In this document: one piece after another, positions 59,609-64,000 of the stretch
Layout: each line of letters opens with the position of its first letter
How positions within the stretch are numbered: the stretch's first letter is position 1
DNA from: Thermoflexales bacterium
Lineage (GTDB): Bacteria > Chloroflexota > Anaerolineae > J036 > Brachytrichaceae
NCBI GenBank assembly: GCA_034430115.1
Contig: DAOUFG010000078.1
Coordinates: 10,606-74,605 of the forward strand
Direction of reading: 5' to 3'
Length of the DNA stretch: 64,000 nucleotides
The notes under the pieces: model-generated
What the model was told of the DNA's origin: nothing
The model's database searches: none
Seen by the model: the letters and a program-made list of their open reading frames with translations, nothing else
Position numbers and translations under genes: made by a program

Positions 59609-60111
59609 CGACGATGGCCCTGACATCCGAACAACAACACGCGCTGGACGAGCTATTCAATGTAGGAGTAGGGGCGCACGGCTGTGCGCCCTTGACCGGT
59701 GCGCCCCTACCAAACACGCCGGCCGCTGCTGGGCAGGACGGCCTCGCGCCCTACATCGCCAAATTGCAGTCGCTCCTACAGACCAAAGACCATCTGACGC
59801 TGCAAGCGTTGGACATTGCCGAGAACAACCCATTGGACGCCGCGATGGGCTTCCTGGCCGCGGCCTCGCTGGCGTTCTATGCCGCGGAGAAGGGTCACAA
59901 CCCCAAGGTCACAACGTACATCGACGCCTTCTATTACATCTCTACCTGCGCATCCGTCGGCTATGCCGATATCTTTGCCTGCACACAAACCGGGCGCGCC
60001 ATCGCGGCATTGGTGATGATCGTCGGCCCGGCGCTTGCCTCGCACGCGCTCGACCGGCCGGCAGCAAACCTCACACAAAGCGACCCGGTGCCAAAGGATA
60101 AACAGGCGTAA
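59605..60111 (+). CDS. Two-TM KcsA-like ion-channel protein (Ion_trans_2) with a non-canonical filter
   Basis: M1 helix, pore helix plus filter YIDAFYYISTCASVGYADIF (TVGYGD-like), M2 helix GRAIAALVMIVGPALA. GTGA overlap with the upstream gene. Confidence 0.5.
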   Translation: MTTMALTSEQQHALDELFNVGVGAHGCAPLTGAPLPNTPAAAGQDGLAPYIAKLQSLLQTKDHLTLQALDIAENNPLDAAMGFLAAASLAFYAAEKGHNPKVTTYIDAFYYISTCASVGYADIFACTQTGRAIAALVMIVGPALASHALDRPAANLTQSDPVPKDKQA

Positions 60112-60192
60112 AAAGCGCCGAAGCACACGCGTTGTGCTTCGGCCAAGATGACCAATTCCTTTTATCCGTGTTCATCTGCATTTATCTGTGGT

Positions 60193-61968
60193 TCAATTCT
60201 TTGCTTCCAACACCGCCCGGATGCGCCGCACACCCTGGCCGACCGCTTCTTGCTTGACGATTGTGAAGCTGCCCAATTCGCCCGTGTGTGTGACGTGCGG
60301 CCCGCCGCACACTTCCTTGGAAAACCCGTCGATGGTATAGACCTTCACCTGCTCGCCATACTTCTCGCCAAAGAAGGCCAGCGCGCCCGCCGCCAGCGCC
60401 TGATCCAACGCCATCGTCTCGCACGAGACGGGCACATCCCGCCCGATCTGCTCATTCACGATTTGCTGCACCTGATGCAATTGCTCGTCGCTCAGCTTGC
60501 TCGGATAGGAAAAGTCGAAGCGCAGGCGCTCTGCCGTGATGTTCGAACCCTTCTGTTGCACGCTGGGCCCCAGCACCTGCCTGAGCGCCGCGTGCAACAG
60601 GTGCGTGGCCGTGTGCAGGCGGGTGGTTTGTTCGGCATGGTCGGCCAGCCCGCCCTTGAACTTCTGCTCCGTGCCGCGCCGTGAAAGGTCGCGGTGTTCA
60701 AGCTCAAGCGCCTCAAAACGCGCCGCATCCACCTGCAAACCTTGCTCACGCGCCAGTTCGGCGGTCAATGCCAGCGGGAAGCCAAACGTCTCGTATAGGT
60801 TAAAGGCTTCCTCGCCAGGGATGCAGGTGATCTGCTTGCGGCGCAGGCGCTCCGCCACCTTATGATATTCATGCAGGCCGCGTTCCAGCGTGGCTTTGAA
60901 CTTCGTTTCCTCGCGCGCCATCTCCTCGGCGATCACCTGCTTGTTCTGCTCCAAGACAGGGTAGGCCCCGGCGAAGATGCCCAACACCGCCTCCGAAAAG
61001 CCGGCGCAGAAATCCTCCTGGATGTCCAGTTCCCGCCCGTAGCGGATCGCCCGCCGCAACAGGCGACGCACGATGTACCCGGCTTCCACGTTCGATGGCT
61101 TCGCGCCGTCGGCAATGGCAAACGTCGCCGCGCGCAGATGGTCCGCTACGATGCGGAAGGGGCGCGGGTCATCGGCATAGCGCCGGCCGGAGAGGCTTTC
61201 CAGGGCGTCGATCAACGGGCGCAGCGTGTCGATCATGTAAATGTCGTCATATCCATTCAGCACGGCCACGCTGCGATCCAGCCCCATGCCGGTATCCACG
61301 TTAGGCCGCGGCAACCGCTCCAGGTTGCCCGCTGCGGTGCGTTGATAGGTCATGAACACGTTGTTCCAAATCTCAAACCATTTGCCGCAGCCGCACCCCG
61401 GCCGGCAGCCTGGATGATCCGGCCGGCCCGTGTCATAGAAGATTTCCGAATCGGGGCCGCACGGGCCGGTATTGCCCACCGGGCCCCACCAGTTGTCCTC
61501 TTTAGGCAAAAAGTAGATGCGATCCGCCGGCATGCCCAGCGCGCGCCAAAGCTCCGCCGATTCATCGTCGCGCGGGGCATCGGCATCGCCGGCAAACACA
61601 GTCACCGCCAGCCTGTTCAACGAGATGCCCAACACGCGGGTCAGAAACTCATAGCTCCAAGCCAGCGATTCCTGATTGAAATAATCGCCCAACGACCAGT
61701 TGCCCAACATCTCAAAGAAGGTCAGATGCGAGCTATCTCCCACCTCATCGATGTCGCCGGTGCGGAGGCAACGCTGGGCGTTCACCAGCCGGCGGCCCAT
61801 TGGGTGCGCCTCACCCAGCAGGTAGGGCACCAGCGGCTGCATACCGGCGGTGGTGAAGAGAACGGTCGGGTCGTTCTCGGGCAGCAGCGGCGCGGAAGGG
61901 ATGCGCTTGTGCCCGCGTTCTTCAAAAAACCGCTGGTAAATCTCTCTCATCTCTGTGACTTGCATCAT
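60193..61968 (-). CDS. alaS: Alanine--tRNA ligase, compact form (catalytic plus tRNA-recognition plus editing core; no C-Ala domain)
   Basis: Class II motifs (FTTAGMQPLVPY, HLTFFEMLGNWSLGDYF), editing-site HTATHLLH and CGGPH. 591 aa compared with about 870 aa typical. Confidence 0.8.
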   Translation of the reverse strand: MMQVTEMREIYQRFFEERGHKRIPSAPLLPENDPTVLFTTAGMQPLVPYLLGEAHPMGRRLVNAQRCLRTGDIDEVGDSSHLTFFEMLGNWSLGDYFNQESLAWSYEFLTRVLGISLNRLAVTVFAGDADAPRDDESAELWRALGMPADRIYFLPKEDNWWGPVGNTGPCGPDSEIFYDTGRPDHPGCRPGCGCGKWFEIWNNVFMTYQRTAAGNLERLPRPNVDTGMGLDRSVAVLNGYDDIYMIDTLRPLIDALESLSGRRYADDPRPFRIVADHLRAATFAIADGAKPSNVEAGYIVRRLLRRAIRYGRELDIQEDFCAGFSEAVLGIFAGAYPVLEQNKQVIAEEMAREETKFKATLERGLHEYHKVAERLRRKQITCIPGEEAFNLYETFGFPLALTAELAREQGLQVDAARFEALELEHRDLSRRGTEQKFKGGLADHAEQTTRLHTATHLLHAALRQVLGPSVQQKGSNITAERLRFDFSYPSKLSDEQLHQVQQIVNEQIGRDVPVSCETMALDQALAAGALAFFGEKYGEQVKVYTIDGFSKEVCGGPHVTHTGELGSFTIVKQEAVGQGVRRIRAVLEAKN

Positions 61969-61997
61969 CTTGCTCCTTTTACTCCTTACCGTGTACG

Positions 61998-62330
61998 AAA
62001 AACAAAAAAGCTCGTCCTCCGTTTAAAACGGAGGACGAGCTAAAACTCGTGGTACCACCCCACTTCGCCCAGACCTCACAGGCTGGACCTTATGCACCAC
62101 TCGTATGAATGGCGTTGCTCTGTAACAGGAGCACCTGGCAAGTTCTACTGGCCTGTATCAGGCGTTCTTCTTGCGCCTCAAGGGTGGCTATCCCCATGAA
62201 TGACGAGCACCAGGCTCACACCACCGGCTTTGGCATTGCAAAACCAGGCCTGGCTCTCTGCGCTGTCCTTCAAGGTTTGTTCCCTCTCCAAGACTTTGAT
62301 ATGTGTGATTTGAAGCTTATTTTAACAGAA
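61998..62330 (-). ncRNA. Probable T-box riboswitch leader of alaS (5' boundary approximate)
   Basis: The minus strand carries GGGUGGUACCACG (T-box consensus AGGGUGGNACCGCG; the UGGU bulge matches A73 of tRNA-Ala) 10 nt before a strong terminator (gctcgtcctccgtttaaaacggaggacgagc plus UUUUUUGUUUUU), and then SD aaggag plus the alaS ATG. An upstream AGAGAG box is present. Confidence 0.5.
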
Positions 62331-62386
62331 CGAAAAGAAACCCGATCACTGCGAAAGATTGGGTTTCCAGTCATCGCGTCACACGC

Positions 62387-63553
62387 TTATTCGGCATACG
62401 CCTGCTCCCGGTCGATCACGCCTTTCGAAAAGGCCGTTTGCAGCACATACGCGTTGCCGCGCCGCTTGAAGTACAACGCGGCATAGTTACGCTGCTTTGG
62501 CGAGCCGTTCAAAAGATAGTGCCCAATCCGGTTGCTCCCCTCCGGCGTATGCACCAGGCCCAAGGCGAAGTCGGCCAGCTTGAGCGTGGGCAGGTCGTCC
62601 TGCGCCGCCAGCGATTGCATGAGCTGATCGACGTCTTGCGGGCGTCCCTGCGTCCCCAGCGCGACGAACGCGTCGTAGCGCCCCGGGTCGTGCTGCCCTA
62701 CCTGCGCCTCCGTGGAAGCCAGGAAGGGCATGATCAGCCTGACGGTGTCGAGCAGCACGTGCCCCGCCTTCGGGATCATCGCCGTCACCAGGTGCGGCAA
62801 AAGCCGCTGCATACGCTGCGCGATCTTGTGCGCGGGCCGCAGGCTATCCTTCTCGCCCACCAGCAACATCACCGGCATCGTCAAGCGGCGCAATTCCTCA
62901 TCGCTAAAGAGAGGCAGCACGCCCATGCGCGACTTGAAGTGCAACATCATCAGGCGCGCGATCTCATAAGCCTCCGGCGGCGCGGGTAAATCGCCGAACA
63001 TGCTGCCGATCAGGCGCTCCATCCCGCGCCGGCCCATGAAAGACGCCGCCACGGCGCGCAGGAGGAACGACATCCGGTCGGGCGTGACGCCGCCTGGGCA
63101 TAGCAGCACCAGCCGGCCAACACGCTCTGGATACAGCGTCGCGAACTTCAACGCCGTCCAGCCGCCCTGCGAGATGCCGACCAGGGTGGGGCACTGAATC
63201 TGCAATCCATCGAACACGTCCAGCAGCCATTCCGCATACGCCGGGCTTTTCCAGGTAGGACGATTCGGCGCGCTCTTGCCTGCCTCACCCAACAGGTCCG
63301 CCGCATACACGCGATGCTTGCGGCTGTACTTGAGACTATCGGATGCCCAAATCGCAGAGTTGGAGCCGGCACCATGCAACAGGACGAGCGGCGGCGCAGC
63401 AATGTCACCGCAGGCAACCACAAACGTATCTCCGTGGCGGGTGGAGATGGTGCGCGTATCGCATGGCACCGGCCAGCGCGCCAATACAGCATCATACAAG
63501 CCCTGGATGGCTTGCTCACCTGCGGTTGATCGATATAACGTTTGTGTGCTCAT
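62387..63553 (-). CDS. Alpha/beta-hydrolase-fold protein with C-terminal domain of unknown function
   Basis: LLHGAGSN and the nucleophile elbow GISQGG. SD gaggag before the ATG at 63553. Confidence 0.6.
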   Translation of the reverse strand: MSTQTLYRSTAGEQAIQGLYDAVLARWPVPCDTRTISTRHGDTFVVACGDIAAPPLVLLHGAGSNSAIWASDSLKYSRKHRVYAADLLGEAGKSAPNRPTWKSPAYAEWLLDVFDGLQIQCPTLVGISQGGWTALKFATLYPERVGRLVLLCPGGVTPDRMSFLLRAVAASFMGRRGMERLIGSMFGDLPAPPEAYEIARLMMLHFKSRMGVLPLFSDEELRRLTMPVMLLVGEKDSLRPAHKIAQRMQRLLPHLVTAMIPKAGHVLLDTVRLIMPFLASTEAQVGQHDPGRYDAFVALGTQGRPQDVDQLMQSLAAQDDLPTLKLADFALGLVHTPEGSNRIGHYLLNGSPKQRNYAALYFKRRGNAYVLQTAFSKGVIDREQAYAE

Positions 63554-63595
63554 TGCATTTCTCCTCAAAAGCATGAATTGCTACCGGCACAGGAC

Positions 63596-63630
63596 AACAA
63601 AAAAGGCGCGGCATGTATATGCCGCGCCTT
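63596..63630 (-). terminator. Rho-independent terminator (minus strand), probably ending the rRNA operon upstream of the hydrolase gene
   Basis: aaggcgcggcat-gta-tatgccgcgcctt hairpin followed on the minus strand by ttttttgttg. Confidence 0.6.
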
Positions 63631-63912
63631 GTAGGTTCCGGTTGTCCTGCTCTTAACGATGTACGACGAACCCTCCTACGCAACGCAGCGCAGGCGGGCA
63701 ATCAGAGCGAACGTCGAGAACAAAAACAGCAAACATTTGAGACCTTTAGCGCCAAGATGCTATCAATTCAGGCGCGCGTTGTCAAGCAATTTGCTCGCAA
63801 AATGGCAAAACAAAAAATCCTGGGGCATCTGGGAAGAACGCATCAATAGGGCAATGAGGACACATGGCGTATGTCTGGGGTGACGATAGGGGGGAAAGGA
63901 AGAGGAAGGAAT

Positions 63913-64000
63913 CCCAGGCAATGACCTACTCTCGCACGCAGTCACCCACGTACTACCATCGGCGCTGACGAGCTTAACGACCGGGTTCGGGATGGGACCG
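63913..64000 (-). rRNA. rrf: 5S rRNA, 3' portion (the gene continues beyond the window edge)
   Basis: Minus strand reads ...CCGAACCCGGTCGTTAAGCTCGTCAGCGCCGATGGTAGTACGTGGG...GCGAGAGTAGGTCATTGCCTGGGAT, matching the universally conserved 5S 3' half (CGCCGATGGTAGT ... GCGAGAGTAGG). Confidence 0.8.

Noticed and set aside
62009-62041. Hairpin near the alaS start as terminator of the upstream hydrolase gene
   Set aside because: The hydrolase has its own hairpin plus T-rich tract about 300 nt further upstream (about 62343-62371), so this second terminator is better explained as part of an alaS leader (T-box) than as the hydrolase terminator.
60862-62043. 393-aa plus-strand ORF antisense to alaS
   Set aside because: Antisense to a gene with unambiguous class II aaRS motifs; His/Arg-rich artefact.

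Overview
This is a high-GC (about 60-65%) bacterial chromosomal segment. The gene content (mevalonate kinase next to a DPPR-synthase-like UbiA prenyltransferase, FhaA-like FHA protein, T-box-regulated alaS, many high-GC spurious antisense ORFs) is compatible with a Chloroflexota-like genome, but I cannot assign a taxon from sequence alone. About 55 protein genes are supportable, mostly housekeeping or envelope: purB, acpS, ugd, asd, rmlD, rsmA, tgt, alaS, an EF-G paralogue, an M16 peptidase pair, an ABC-2 exporter, and an OmpR/HK two-component pair. RNA features are one tRNA-Arg(TCG), the 3' part of a 5S rRNA running off the right edge, and a probable T-box leader upstream of alaS. Four things stand out. 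(1) A roughly 7-kb low-GC island (about 15.75-23 kb) carries five glycosyltransferases and a methyltransferase directly downstream of rmlD and a Wzt-type ABC ATPase with no wzm partner, with a degraded IS-transposase fragment at the island boundary. (2) Three families of short intergenic repeats recur through the window. One is built from tandem TGAAACG heptamers arranged as inverted repeats (5 copies). One consists of 140-190-bp direct copies flanking a GNAT gene, plus a third inverted copy. One is a GATTGGAGAT-type family that runs into predicted coding ends. (3) A nfeD-flotillin pair is followed by a tightly overlapped four-gene operon: RelE/ParE-like toxin, Phd/YefM-like antitoxin (toxin-first order), PspA/IM30-like protein, and a KcsA-like two-TM ion-channel protein with a non-canonical SVGYAD filter. 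This is my best candidate for an undescribed membrane-targeting stress or defence module. (4) Smaller items: a frameshift in a G-run of a MutS-family gene, an N-terminally truncated Fic gene, a serine-palmitoyltransferase-like alpha-oxoamine synthase, an NfeD with a coding (DHD/DLD)n acidic repeat, and a leader uORF plus terminator immediately upstream of the ABC-2 exporter. Coordinates hand-derived from the printed sequence may be off by 1-2 nt; CDS ends are taken from the ORF track.
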